Both the position numbers and the translations under genes were made by a program. Shown here piece after piece: positions 12,001 to 25,363 of a DNA stretch of 64,000 nt. The notes under the pieces were generated by a model. It ran no database searches and was not told the DNA's origin. It was given only the letters and a program-made list of their open reading frames with translations. Numbering within the stretch: position 1 is the first letter of the stretch; each line of letters starts with the position of its first letter. The DNA is taken from positions 1 to 64,000 of the forward strand of contig MU626310.1 of NCBI GenBank assembly GCA_025603075.1. Reading direction: 5' to 3'. This DNA is from Neoconidiobolus thromboides FSU 785 (taxonomy: Eukaryota; Fungi; Entomophthoromycota).

Positions 12001-15000
12001 TGTTGCGATGAAAATTTTGATTTCCAAGCCATGGGAAGGATTTTTATTGGATTATGTCAAGTGGGTGCTTGGGGTTGTTTTGATGAATTCAATAGATTAG
12101 AAGAAAAAATATTATCAGCTGTATCTCAACAAATTCAATCTATTCAACTTGGACTTAAAAAACTACAAGAAAATCCAAAACAAACAATTGATTTAGTTGG
12201 AAAAAATGTAAAAATTCATGGAGATACAGGTATTTTTATTACAATGAATCCAGGATATGCAGGTCGTTCTAATTTACCTGATAATCTTAAAAAATTATTC
12301 CGTTCAATGGCTATGACAAAACCAGATAGAGAATTAATTGCTCAAGTTATGTTATATAGTCAGGGTTTTAATTCTGCTGAATTATTGGCTTCTAAAGTAG
12401 TTCCATTATTTGTTTTATGTGCTGAACAATTATCACCTCAATCTCATTATGATTTTGGTTTACGTGCCTTAAAAAGTGTATTAGTTAGTGCTGGTAATTT
12501 AAAACGTAATCGTTTACAAAAGATTCGAGATAGTATTAAAAATAATGAAGAACAAAGTACAGATGATACTTTTTCTAAAGGAAGCACTGAACAAGAAATA
12601 TTAATTCAGAGTGTACGTGAAACTTTAGTACCTAAATTAGTATCTGAAGATATACCATTATTAAAAAGTTTGATGACGGATGTATTCCCAGGTGTTGAAT
12701 ATGCTCCAGTTGATTTAGATAAATTAAAAGAAAGTATTATTAGTATTTGTAAAGAACGTAATTTAGTAGATGAACCTAACTGGATGGAAAAAATCATTCA
12801 ATTATATCAAATTCAAAATATTCATCATGGTTTAATGATGGTTGGTCCATCTGGTTCAGGTAAATCTGTAGCATGGCGCACCTTATTGGCAGCATTAGAA
12901 AAAGTAGATAATATTGAAGGAGTGTCTTATGTAATTGATCCTAAAGCAATGTCAAAAGAAGCACTTTATGGTTCATTAGATCAAACAACTAGAGAATGGA
13001 GTGACGGGTTGTTTACACATATACTAAGAAAAATTATTGATAATATGCGTGGAGAAAGTGGCAAAAGACATTGGATTATATTTGATGGAGATGTTGATCC
13101 AGAATGGGTAGAAAATTTAAATTCAGTATTAGATGATAATCGGTTATTGACATTACCAAATGGAGAAAGATTAAGTTTGCCTTCCAATGTACGTATTATG
13201 TTTGAAGTAGAAGATTTACGCCAAGCTACTTTAGCTACAGTTAGTCGATGTGGTATGGTTTGGTATTCAGAGGATGTTGTTAGTTTAAATATGATCTATA
13301 AAGAATATTTGAATAAATTAAAAACTCAAATATTAGCTGAATCAGAAGAGGATTTGGCTAACATCAAAGGCACTGAAAATGAGTCCTTAGCTCTTTCAAC
13401 TCAACAACAATGTGCTACTATATTAGCTCCTTTCTTTACAGAAGATGCTTTAGTTACAAAAACACTTAATTTTGCATTTACTATCAATCATATTATGGAT
13501 TTTACTCGTATGAGAGTATTAACTACTTTGTTTTCATTATTGAACAAAGTTGTTAGAAATATTATTGATTTCAATTTACAGGGTTTAGAAAGTGCCTTAA
13601 CAACAGACGTATTAGAAAGTTATATTCAACGTAAACTTGTATTAGCATTAATTTGGAGTTTTTCAGGGGATACTAAGTTAGATATTCGTGCTGAATTAGG
13701 AGAATTTATTCGGGGTATTACAACTATTGAATTACCTGCCTTTGCACCCAACTCATCCATCATTGATTATGATGTCACATTACCAGATAATGAATGGGTC
13801 TCTTGGGAGGGTAAAGTGCCAGTAATAGATATTGAAACACACACAGTTGCTGAAGCAGATGTGGTTATACCAACTGTAGATACAATTCGTCATGAAGAAG
13901 TATTATATTCTTGGTTATCTGAACATAAACCATTGATGTTATGTGGACCACCTGGTTCTGGTAAAACTATGACATTATTTAGTGCTTTACGCAAATTACC
14001 TGATATGGAAGTAGTGGGTCTCAATTTTTCTAGTGCCACTACACCGGAATTAATAATGAAAACTTTTGAACAATACTGTGAATATAGAAAGACACCCAAC
14101 GGTGTATTACTTTCCCCTACAATGATTGGCCGTTGGTTAGTTATCTTTTGTGATGAAATTAATTTACCCTCCACAGATAAATATGGTACACAGCGCGTTA
14201 TCTCGTTTTTAAGACAATTAATTGAACATGGTGGTTTTTGGAGGACAGCTGATAAAAGTTGGGTTACTTTAGAACGCATTCAGTTTGTTGGTGCTTGTAA
14301 TCCACCTACGGATCCAGGTCGTGTACCATTGAGTCATCGATTCTTGAGACATGCACCATTGGTTATGGTAGATTATCCAGGTGAATTATCATTAAAGCAA
14401 ATTTATGGCACATTCTCAAGAGCTATGCTTAAAATGATACCAGATTTAAGAGGCTATTCCGATAATTTAACTTCAGCTATGGTAGATGTTTATTTAGCTT
14501 CTCAAAAGAGATTTACTCCAGATATTCAAGCCCATTATATTTATTCACCACGTGAATTAACGCGTTGGATGAGGGGTATCTTTGAAGCTATGAAACCATT
14601 AGATAGTTTAAGTGTAGAAGAATTAGTACGTATTTGGGCACATGAGGCTTTAAGATTATTTCAAGATCGATTGGTTAATGAAGACGAAAGGAAATGGACC
14701 GATGATTTAATTGATGAAGTAGCAACAACAAATTTCCCCAATCTAAATAAAGAAGAAGCATTAGTTCGTCCAATCTTATTCTCTAATTGGTTATCCAAAC
14801 ATTATATACCAATTACTAGAGATGAATTAAGGGATTATACAAAAGCAAGATTAAAAGTATTTTATGAAGAAGAATTAGATGTTCCATTAGTATTGCATAA
14901 TGATGTTTTAGAACATGTATTAAGAATTGATCGTGTATTTAGACAGATGCAAGGTCATTTGTTATTAATTGGTGTTTCTGGCTCTGGTAAAACAACTTTA

Positions 15001-18000
15001 TCTCGATTTGTTGCTTGGATGAATGGATTAAGTATTTTTCAAATTAAAGCTCATAATAAATATACAGGTGATGATTTTGACGAAGACTTAAGAACTGTAC
15101 TTAGAAGAGCAGGCTGTAAAGGAGAAAAGATCTGTTTCATTATGGATGAATCGAATGTATTAGATTCCGGCTTTTTGGAAAGAATGAATACCTTGTTAGC
15201 TAATGCCGAAGTACCAGGTTTATTTGAAGGAGATGAATATTCTGCTTTAATGAATCAATGTAAAGAAGCAGCTCAAAGAGAAGGGAGGATGTTAGATTCA
15301 GGTGAAGAATTATATAAATGGTTTACTCAACAAGTCATGAAAAATTTACATGTCGTATTTACTATGAATCCACCAGAAGGTGGCCTTGGTTCTCGCGCAG
15401 CTACTTCTCCTGCTTTATTTAATCGTTGTGTATTGGATTGGTTTGGTGATTGGTCTGACCAAGCATTCTTTCAAGTCGGTAAAGAATTTACTCAAACATT
15501 GGATATTGATTTACCAATGTATACACCACCAGATGATATTCAAGTGGCTTATAGAGATTTACCAATGCCCCCCAATCATCGTGATGCCCTTATCAATGGT
15601 TTCGTTTATGTTCATATGACCTTATATGAAGTTAATAATAAGTTATCTAAACGACAAGGTAGATATAATCATGTTACCCCAAGGCATTATCTTGATTTTA
15701 TCAATCATTATGTTAAACTCCATAATGAAAAGAGAGAAGATTTGGAAGATCAACAGCGTCATTTGAACATTGGTTTGGAAAAATTACATAGTACAGTTGT
15801 TCAAGTGGAAGAATTGAGAGCTAGCTTAGCATTAAAAGAAAAAGAATTAAATGAAAAGAATATGGAAGCTAATGAAAAATTAAAAAAGATGGTAGCAGAC
15901 CAACAAGAAGCAGAATCTAAAAAAGAAGACTCTATTAAAATTCAAGCAGAATTAGAAATTAAAAACAAAGCGATTGCTGAACGTACAGCTATTGTTATGG
16001 ATGATTTGGCTAATGCTGAACCAGCTGTTATTGAAGCTCAAAAGAGTGTTAGAAATATCAAAAAACAACATTTAACAGAAGTACGTTCTATGGCTAATCC
16101 ACCTTTACCAGTTAAAATAGCTATGGAATCGGTATGTATCTTATTAGGTCATAAAATTGAGTCATGGAAATCAGTCCAAGGTATATTAAGAAGAGACGAT
16201 TTTATATCTAGTATTGAGACTTATACAACGGAAGCTAAATTAACTCGTAGCATCCGTGATAAAATCAAAAAAGAATATATGTCTAATGGTAACTTTAATT
16301 TTGAAACAGTTAATCGAGCTAGTAAAGCTTGTGGTCCGTTAGTTCAATGGGTAATTGCTCAAGTCAATTATTCTTCCATTTTGGACCGTGTTGGACCATT
16401 ACGTAATGAAGTTGTTGTACTTGAAAATTCAGCCAAAGAAACACAAAATGAAGCTAGTAAAATTATGCAGATGATCGAAGACTTAGAAAATAGTATTTCA
16501 ACTTATAAAGAAGAATATGCTATACTTATTTCACAAGTACAATCTATTAAAGGTGAAATGGAAAGAGTCAAATCTAAAGTGAATCGATCTATGACCTTAT
16601 TAGGTAGTTTATCTTCTGAAAAAGAACGCTGGGAAGCTTCTAGCCAAGCATTTGAAACTCAAATGGCTACTATTGTAGGTGATTGTTTACTATCAGCAGC
16701 CTATATGGCTTATGGTGGTTACTTTGATCAACAATATCGAGAAATCTTGTTTGAAAAATGGACAAGTCATTTAATAAGATCAAGTATTAATTTTAAGCAA
16801 GAAATATCTTTAACCGAATACCTATCTACAGCTGATGAAAGACAAGCATGGCAAGATAATTCATTACCAGCGGATGATTTATGTATCGAAAATGCAATTA
16901 TGTTAAAAAGATTTAATCGCTACCCATTAATTATTGATCCTTCCGGACAAGCTACTAATTTCTTAGCTAATGAATTTAAAGATAAGAAAATAACAATCAC
17001 TAGTTTCTTGGATGATTCTTTCCTTAAGAATTTAGAATCTGCATTAAGATTTGGAAATCCATTGTTAATCCAAGATGTTGAAAATCTAGATCCAATATTG
17101 AATCCAGTATTAAACAGAGAATTAAGACGTACTGGTGGGCGTGTATTAATAAGGTTAGGTGGACAAGATATCGATTTTTCACCTTCTTTTACTTTGTTTT
17201 TATCTACCCGTGATCCATCCGTTAATTTCCCACCTGATGTTTGTTCACGTGTTACTTTTGTTAATTTTACAGTAACTAGAGGTTCCTTACAAAGTCAATG
17301 TTTAAATAAAGTATTGAAAACAGAAAGTCCGGAAACAGATAGGAAGCGATCGGATATTATTAAAATTCAAGGAGAATATCGTTTACGTTTACGTCATTTA
17401 GAAAAATCATTACTAGCTGCTTTAAGTGAATCTAAAGGTAATATTTTGGATGACGATTCGGTTATTGATACTTTGGAAACATTAAAAAGGGAAGCTGGAG
17501 AAGTAGCTAGAAAAGTAGAAGAAACAGATACTGTAATTCAAGAAGTAGAAGCAGTTACAGCTGCTTTTACACCATTAGCACAAGCATGTAGTTCTATCTT
17601 TTTTGCTATTGATCAAATTCATTCTTTGCATCATTTTTATCAATTTTCATTGGATTTCTTTTATGATATCTTTAATTTTGTATTAAATGATAACAAGAAT
17701 TTGATTGGAATTACAGATCAAAATGAAAGATTAAATATATTGAGCAAGGATTTATTTATTGAGAGTTTCAGAAGAGTGTCTCAAACTTTACTTCATGATG
17801 ACCATGTGACTTTTTCAACTATCTTGACTCATATCTTTTTGAAGAGCATTAATCATCCAATTGAAGATAATGAATATAATTTTTTTACTGGTTCTATTGA
17901 AGCTATTAACGATCAACATACAAACTCAGGTTTATCTACAGATATATTTACAGAGGATATGATTCATTCATTATCAGATTTGATGCAATTAGATTCATTT

Positions 18001-20097
18001 AGTAATTTAGCAATTCATGCAGCTAACAATGAAGAACTATGGAAATCATTTGTATTTGATTACAATGGCGATTTGAATAATGTACCTGAATGCTGGTCGA
18101 CTGAAATTCAATTAAGTCCAATTCAAATTACATTTAAAAAGCTGTTAGTAATTAAATGTATTCATCCAGATCAATTAATATCTTCTTCAATTTTGTTTGT
18201 TGAAAAAGTATTTGGACCAAGGTTCTTTGGTGATATTGAATTAGATTTCAAAAAGTTAACTTTAAACGAAGTTAAAGCACCTACTCCAATTGCCCTTTGT
18301 TCTATTCCTGGTTATGATGCTAGTAATAGAGTAGATAATTTAGCTTCTATAATGTCTACTCGTTGTACCTCAGTAGCAATGGGATCAGCTGAGGGCTTTT
18401 CATTAGCAGATCAAGCAATTACTAATGCAGTAAAGAATGGTACATGGGTTTTATTAAAGAATGTTCATTTAGCTCCATCTTGGTTAGGACAATTAGAAAA
18501 GAAATTACATAGTCTCAAACCGCATAATAACTTTCGATTATTTTTAACAATGGAAACAAATCCTAAAGTACCAGTTAATTTATTACGTATGTCTCGAGTA
18601 TTATTATTTGAACCACCGCCAGGTATTAAAGCTAATTTACAAGAATCTCTTAAATCAATTAATATATCTAAATTGGAAAATGGACCTGTTGAAAGATCCC
18701 GCCTTTACTTCTTGGTATCTTGGATTCACGCTATTGTACAGGAACGTTTACGTTATGTACCCCTTGGTTGGTCCAAAATATATGAATTTAATGATGCCGA
18801 TTTAAATTGTGGATTAGCCACAATAGACAATTGGTTAGATAGTGTAGCTAAAGGAAGAAGTAATTTATCACCTGAAAAAATACCATTTGATGCAATTTGT
18901 ACATTATTAGCCCAATCTGTTTATGGGGGTAAAATTGATAATGAATTTGATCAAAAACTACTAGATTCCTTTGTTAATACAATATTTACAAAGGACAGTT
19001 ATAACTTAGAATTTGAATTAGTTAAAAAATATGAAGAGAATACAACACCATTAGTTATACCCGATGCTATTAAATTAGATCAATTTATTAATTGGTGTAA
19101 TAAATTACCCGATGTTGAACCCCCTAATTGGTTGGGTTTGCCAAGTAATGCTCAAAAAGTATTATTAACTCAAAAAGGAAATACATTTATTAATAACGTA
19201 AGAAGAATGAAGAGTATGGTAGATGATGATTCTGAAGATTTGATTAATAATATTAAATCCAATGAAACAGAATCAACCTCTATTCAAATACCTGCTTGGA
19301 TGCGAGCTATTGCTACTTCTGCTGAATCTTGGCTTAAATTATTACCTGAAAAATTATCTTTATTACCAAGTACACCAAAGAGTTCGACCAACCCACTATT
19401 CCGTGTATTTGATCGAGAAAATTCGATTGGATATTCTTTGTTAAACTCAGTAAGATCTGATTTAAATAGTATATTATCCTTATGCCGTGGTGAAATCAAA
19501 CAAACCAATCATTTACGTCAATTATTAAGCGATCTCAATAAAGGTAGTATACCAATCAAATGGAAAATATATAAAGTACCAATGATCTATTCAGTATCCA
19601 ATTGGATTACCGATTTCCGTAAAAGGTTATCACAACTGGAGGAGATTGCTTCAGCAGGTACTGAAACAGATTTAGCTACATTAAAAATTTGGATTGGTGG
19701 TTTATTTATACCCGAAGCTTATATCACCGCTACTCGTCAAGTAGCTGCACAAAGAAATAATTGGTCTTTAGAAGATTTAGTATTAGATGTTTATTTAGGA
19801 GAAGACAATACCAATTCAGATTGTTTTATAATTAAAGAATTAAAATTAGAAGGTGGGGAATTAAATTTATCCGACAAGAGTATGTTACCTTCTAAATTGT
19901 TACAACAAAAAGTACAGTTTACTTCATTAAGATGGAAGAATAAAAAGGAAGATAAGGAGAGTGATGAAGAGAATTTAGTGGAGTTACCAGTGTATCTCAA
20001 TGTGGATAGATCCGATCTATTGTTTGTGGTCAAAGTTAAATCTAATGTTTCTCAACATCAATTTGCTCAAAGAGGAGTAGGTATTACCGCTGCTTAA
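6060..20097 (+). CDS. DYN1: Cytoplasmic dynein 1 heavy chain (~4660 aa; exon 1 6060-6327, intron 6328-6385, exon 2 6386-20097)
   Basis: P-loops GPAGTGKT, GPSGSGKS, GPPGSGKT and GVSGSGKT; WGCFDEFNR Walker B; stalk coiled coil with MTBD. The GT-AG intron restores frame between the two track ORFs. Confidence 0.98.
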
Positions 20098-20422
20098 GCA
20101 AAAAGTATTTTATGAATCAATAAATTTAGCACTTTTTTAAAGTTTTTTGATTTATTTATGAATTGTTTTAATATTTTATTAGTTTAATCATTATTAGATT
20201 TAGCTAGTTTTTGACCATTTAAGTTTAAGTTTAATGATAATAATGATAATCAAAGCAACTTTGATTTTTAATTGTATATCATCTTCATCAATAACATTTG
20301 ATAAATTACAAATATTTAGTACAATGCACTGATTCAATAATAGAAACTAATATTAATAATTACATTTTATTTTAAAGAATACATTCTTTTTTAATTATTA
20401 TAGAGTTATAATTATACTATAT

Positions 20423-20518
20423 GGGGATGTTTTTTGCCTCATCACTTTTTCTATCTTTTAAGCGCTATTTAAGTGGAAAAATTATTAGTAAAATCCCTAA
20501 ACATAAAAATACATCCTC
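20423..20518 (+). mobile_element. MITE copy
   Basis: ATAT|GGGGATGTTTTTTGCC...ACATCCTC|ATGC. Confidence 0.9.
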
Positions 20519-20625
20519 ATGCTATAATTTTATTATAGCACATAAGTAAAAGCTCATTATGTTTCAATTGTACTTAACTATTATTATATCTAAACTATGG
20601 CCTCATATTTTTCAGAAAAAAATAT

Positions 20626-20723
20626 GGGGATGTTTTTTTTGTCTTCATTACTTTTTCCATTTTTAAGTACTACTTAAGTGGAAAGATTATTAGCAAAATT
20701 CTTAAACGAAAAAATACATCCCC
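20626..20723 (+). mobile_element. MITE copy
   Basis: ATAT|GGGGATGT...ACATCCCC|ATAT; perfect TIR and TSD. Confidence 0.95.
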
Positions 20724-20999
20724 ATATGATCAATTATAGTTTAAAACGACTCCCAAAATATCAACCTATTCAATCAATTTATTATAACTAGTATAAATAA
20801 TAAGTTATTATTAATATGATTTTTTAAAGTTTAAGTTATAAGAAACTATCAATATTAAAATCCGTTTTATTATTTTAATATTGACAAAATCTCATAATTT
20901 AATGATTAAAATAATAGTTGGACATAACAAATAAATGAATCTATAAAACTAATACTGAATTTTATAATTAATATAAACATTAAAAATAACTTAATATAT

Positions 21000-21096
21000 G
21001 AGGATGAGGATGTTTTTCTGACTTCACTTTTTGCATCTTTCAAATGCTATTTGAGCGGAAAAATTGTTAGTAAAATTCTTACAAAACTACATTCCC
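21000..21096 (+). mobile_element. MITE copy
   Basis: ATAT|GAGGATGAGGATGT...ACATTCCC|ATAT; small terminal duplication. Confidence 0.9.
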
Positions 21097-22772
21097 ATAT
21101 ATCATTTAAATCAAACTTAATAAGCTCTTTAATCAATTTCTTTACAAGTTTTTCTAATATATTTAAACCAAAATAATATATATGTTTATAAAAACTTATA
21201 GGGTCTTAATAGAACTCTGTTAGATGGATTGATTGTTTCAATTTATGATTTGTAGCGTAAACAATATTAATATTCTTTGTTTTATAATGAAATTAAGTAA
21301 TTGTAAAATATTCGATGTTACCAATAGTTTAATGATAATAATTGCAATTCTACTTAATTGAGATTAGTATTACATATAAAAAAGCGAATTTCAAATGAAT
21401 ATAATTACTACTGACATATCAACTGATTTACTATAATTTCATGGTATTATCAGTCTAAAATTTAGCATATAAAATAATCACACTATTCACATAACATTTC
21501 ATTATGATCTATATTTTAATAAAATATTAAACAATTTTAATTCAATAGTAAAGAATGATAGTTTCAGTTTAATTATAAGTAGAATACTTTAATGTTGAAG
21601 CAAATTTCAGGAGTTTGATTTTTAAGATCATTCATGTTCATTAATTTTAAAATATTATTCAACACTTGGCAATTTCTTGAATTTCTATTTATAATTTTGA
21701 TTGTTGTTTAAAACATTAAAAAAGGGGTTCAAAACTCAAACGTAAGCATAAAGAGTAAGATTGAAATGAAATAAATAATAAGTTTATATACAAATATTCT
21801 ATTTTATTTATTTTTTATTTTTTATTTTTATTTATTAATAAAATAAACTGACAATAAAAGTTCCATATTACAAAAGAATAACTTTTCTCACACAGATCAA
21901 AAATGAACTAATAAAATATTATTGAATTCTTAACTAATATCCTTATTTTCATATCATTTTTTCATGTTCTTGGTTTTTTTAGGCTATTTAGTGTTGAATT
22001 TTGAAATTTTATAATTGAACATTTATAAAATATTAGAGACTTTTCTAAATTTAGAAACAGCACAAATAAAATGGAATCTCATTTAAAGTTTGATTTAAGG
22101 TTTGAAAGGAATCCAACCATTATGCAGCTAAAAAGATGAGTGGCTTTGAAACCAAATAAACTAAAATTGATTTTTAAACCTAATTTAATAACAATCATAA
22201 AAAGTAATGATATTTTAATGTATTATATAATATTTATATTAATAAACATATCCAAAACAATGTCATAATAATCATTAATTAATCAGATTTAATTTATTAA
22301 TAACAATTTGCTATGCCACTCTTTCTATAATTAACTTCTATTCTCAATGGTTATAAATACGTACAATAACACTGTTATCTTTCACCACTTTATTAATTGC
22401 AAAACATCTTGTAATTGAGATTAGCCAATCATCAATCAATATTTTACTATTTCTGCTTTTTTATTAAATTGCGTTTAAGGTCAGTGGGCACATGATTTAT
22501 ATATTTAGTAATCGAGTAATTTTTTTAGTTACCAATCATTTTCATCAATGGCTCAAATAAGCCATTCATGTTCAGTTTATAGCGTAATAAATTGAATGAA
22601 ATTAAGGTTACTCTATAAATTTTGAATTTCCCCAGGAAATTTGGAATTACATAGTCAAATGCTTAAGTCTGAAAGAACAATGCTATTTAAATGAACAGAG
22701 TAGAATCATCTCAATTTCTTTCTAATAATTTATTTTAAAATTTTAATTATATAAAAAAATAATTCATTAAAT

Positions 22773-24545
22773 ATGAATCCAGTTAGCTTCCATACCGATG
22801 AAGACAACTTTGAGGCCTTTGTTAATCAAGATATGTTTTTAGATTCTTTTGAAAATAACTCTATTCCTTCTCCAAATACCTTTTCTTCGCAATTAAATAT
22901 GAATAGCGTTAATGACTTTAGTACAAACTTTGGTAATCAAGCTTCTCATTCCCCTGAATTAAACCATAACAGTACTTCTCCTTCCTCTTGGATATCTAAT
23001 TCTTTAACAACACCAACACTTCTACCTACTTCTGCTTTAACATTAGAAGAATGGAATAGCGTTTGTCAATTAGGTCTCGTGGACTCTTTCCCAGTGAATA
23101 ATGGTTTAGTTCCAGAGCTTTCTAGTAAAATAAATCCTATTAACAAAATGGATCCAATATTAGAAAACTCAATGATGATGCCCATGTTCCAACAAATTTA
23201 TTGTGCTAAAGATTTTTCTACTAACCAACAATCTCATGGCTCCAATGACTCCCCTTCTTCTCAAAATAATTCGGAACCGCTATCCTCAAAATCAACCAGT
23301 AAAAATACAAGAAAAGCTGAATCCGGTAAAAGTAAGCAAAAGAAAAAAACAAAATCAGATTTCCATCCAATTCGCAACGCTTATGCCACTCTAAATAAAA
23401 TGCCTGTAATCATTGCTCCTAAACCTGGACCAGTTGAATCTAAAATTTATGTACCAGTACCACAACCTAAAAATGGAATGGTAAAACTTGAACCACAAGA
23501 AGCCACTCTTGAAAGCCCTTATGTACCGGTTAAACAACCAGAGGATAATGCACGTCAAATGGCCTTAACAAAGAGACAGGAACGCTTAATAAAGAATCGT
23601 GCTGCAGCACTTAATTCTCGTAAACGTAAACGTGAACAGGTGATTCAACTTGAAAATGAAAACAATCGTCTCAATGTTGAAAATGCTCATTTAAAATCAC
23701 GCATCGAAGAATTAGAACTTATGGTACTTTCACTTGGTGGTAACCCAACACATACGAATTTACCTAGTTTACAATCGATCCAAGTACATCAACAAGAAGA
23801 TATGCATGCTGGTAGTGAAACTGGTACGCATGCCATGGAAATTTTTGAAAGTGAAAAAGGATCATCCCAAAAATCGGTAAATGTAATTTTTATGTTATTT
23901 TTCTTTTCATTTGTTCTATTCTCTTACCCCACGGTGAGCAATCATTATAATTCCAGTATAACTTTACCCAGTAATGAGCCAATTTTAACTGAACGTGTTA
24001 TTAGTGAATTAGCTACCAAAGCCCAAGTGAAACCAAGCTATAGTGTACGTCATCCAGATGGTACCCCACAATACCATTACCCAGAATTAAGCACTAGAGC
24101 TAGTGATATGGTCATTAGTCATGTATTTTCAGTTCAACAACAATTAAAAAAAGAAACCAATACCCAAGAATTATTCAGTTATGTCAACCGTAACTATCAA
24201 AACAAAAAGAAGGAAGAGATATGTCAAGCACCTGTTGAGGCCAATAATATGGAACAGGAACAAAAGCCAAATAAAATAACAGATCTTATACCATTTGCTC
24301 AAGAGTCCAAGATAGCTTACCTTTATGCATCTACTATTCGTTCATTTATTCCACGTCAAGGTAATAATTCAGAAGATTTATCATCCAAGGATATGTTATG
24401 TGAGAAACCTACTATGTTTTCTGTGCTTACGCCATGGAGAGAAGATTCTGGCTCTTATTCTACTGATGAACGCTATCTTCGTATCGATATGCAAGTTATT
24501 GGTAGTCCCCAAATTGTAAATGGTAAAGATCTTTTGAGGCACTAA
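22773..24545 (+). CDS. Membrane-tethered bZIP transcription factor, ATF6/CREB3-like architecture (590 aa, intronless)
   Basis: Acidic N-terminus; basic region KRQERLIKNRAAALNSRKRKRE plus leucine zipper (23571-23730); hydrophobic segment VNVIFMLFFFSFVLFSYPTV (23877-23936); C-terminal domain with NxS sequons. Confidence 0.85.
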   Translation: MNPVSFHTDEDNFEAFVNQDMFLDSFENNSIPSPNTFSSQLNMNSVNDFSTNFGNQASHSPELNHNSTSPSSWISNSLTTPTLLPTSALTLEEWNSVCQLGLVDSFPVNNGLVPELSSKINPINKMDPILENSMMMPMFQQIYCAKDFSTNQQSHGSNDSPSSQNNSEPLSSKSTSKNTRKAESGKSKQKKKTKSDFHPIRNAYATLNKMPVIIAPKPGPVESKIYVPVPQPKNGMVKLEPQEATLESPYVPVKQPEDNARQMALTKRQERLIKNRAAALNSRKRKREQVIQLENENNRLNVENAHLKSRIEELELMVLSLGGNPTHTNLPSLQSIQVHQQEDMHAGSETGTHAMEIFESEKGSSQKSVNVIFMLFFFSFVLFSYPTVSNHYNSSITLPSNEPILTERVISELATKAQVKPSYSVRHPDGTPQYHYPELSTRASDMVISHVFSVQQQLKKETNTQELFSYVNRNYQNKKKEEICQAPVEANNMEQEQKPNKITDLIPFAQESKIAYLYASTIRSFIPRQGNNSEDLSSKDMLCEKPTMFSVLTPWREDSGSYSTDERYLRIDMQVIGSPQIVNGKDLLRH

Positions 24546-24719
24546 AAAATCTAGAAATTTAGAAATTTACCTTAAAAGTGTTTATACTTAAAAAAAAAGT
24601 CATTCTTTTGTAAAATAAAATTTTTATTCCCTTGTAATGTTTATTGCTAGTGTTATTTATCATACTTGATATGTATTTTGTCTTTAATTTAATTTTAAAA
24701 CAAATTATACTCAATTGTT

Positions 24720-24900
24720 TTTTATCAGATTCAAGCCATCCTTTCCGATAGTGGTGCCATTCTCAAATGTTAGAAGCTGGAACCCAGTTAATTCTTTTAT
24801 TAAGCATTAAAGTTTCTTTCTAATTCTCTTAGCTTTCTCTTCTCCTTTCCAGAATTTTATTTATCTTTGTAAATAAATCCCATCATTAAGGATCTTTGCA
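24720..24900 (-). mobile_element. Possible LINE ORF2 C-terminal relic
   Basis: Minus frame IKFWKGEEKAKRIRKKL*CLIKELTGFQLL recalls the post-RT FW.G....RI....LC..K..GG motif of L1/Tx1-like elements. Confidence 0.25.
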
Positions 24901-25363
24901 TAATTTTCAATAAATTATAAGTTATAATTGCATATATGGAGAAAGTTATAAGTTAATTTGGTATTTAGCCTATTTTATCCTATTATTATATAATATTATA
25001 GGCTTTTGAATATTGTTAGTTTAATACTATAAAATATAAAACTAAGAATAATAGTTGCATTTATTTTTATGATGAAGTGATAGGGGGGGCATTTTAAATC
25101 CTTTTAAAAGATATTGTTGGAGATAAATTTTAGACTAACTCCACTATCCGTTTTTTTCTTTTGCAGAATTCGATCAAAGTTTCTTTCAATGAATTTGCAG
25201 TCTTTAAACCAACCATATTTTTACAAAAAGTAAAAATATTGAGATAAGTTAATAATCAATGATTGACCCAAAATTTGTTTACTAAGTTACAAAATAAAAT
25301 TTAATAATGATGCCAACAAAGCATTTTTCATCAATCAAATAGTAAAAATTACATAAATTAAGT

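Noticed and set aside
7754-20033. Many short ORFs overlapping dynein on other frames or the antisense strand
   Set aside because: Shadow ORFs of a long coding sequence with no recognisable motifs.
20419-21100. Three near-identical repeats that could suggest a CRISPR-like array
   Set aside because: Eukaryotic context; units are ~97 bp TIR elements with individual TSDs and irregular spacing, so they are MITEs.
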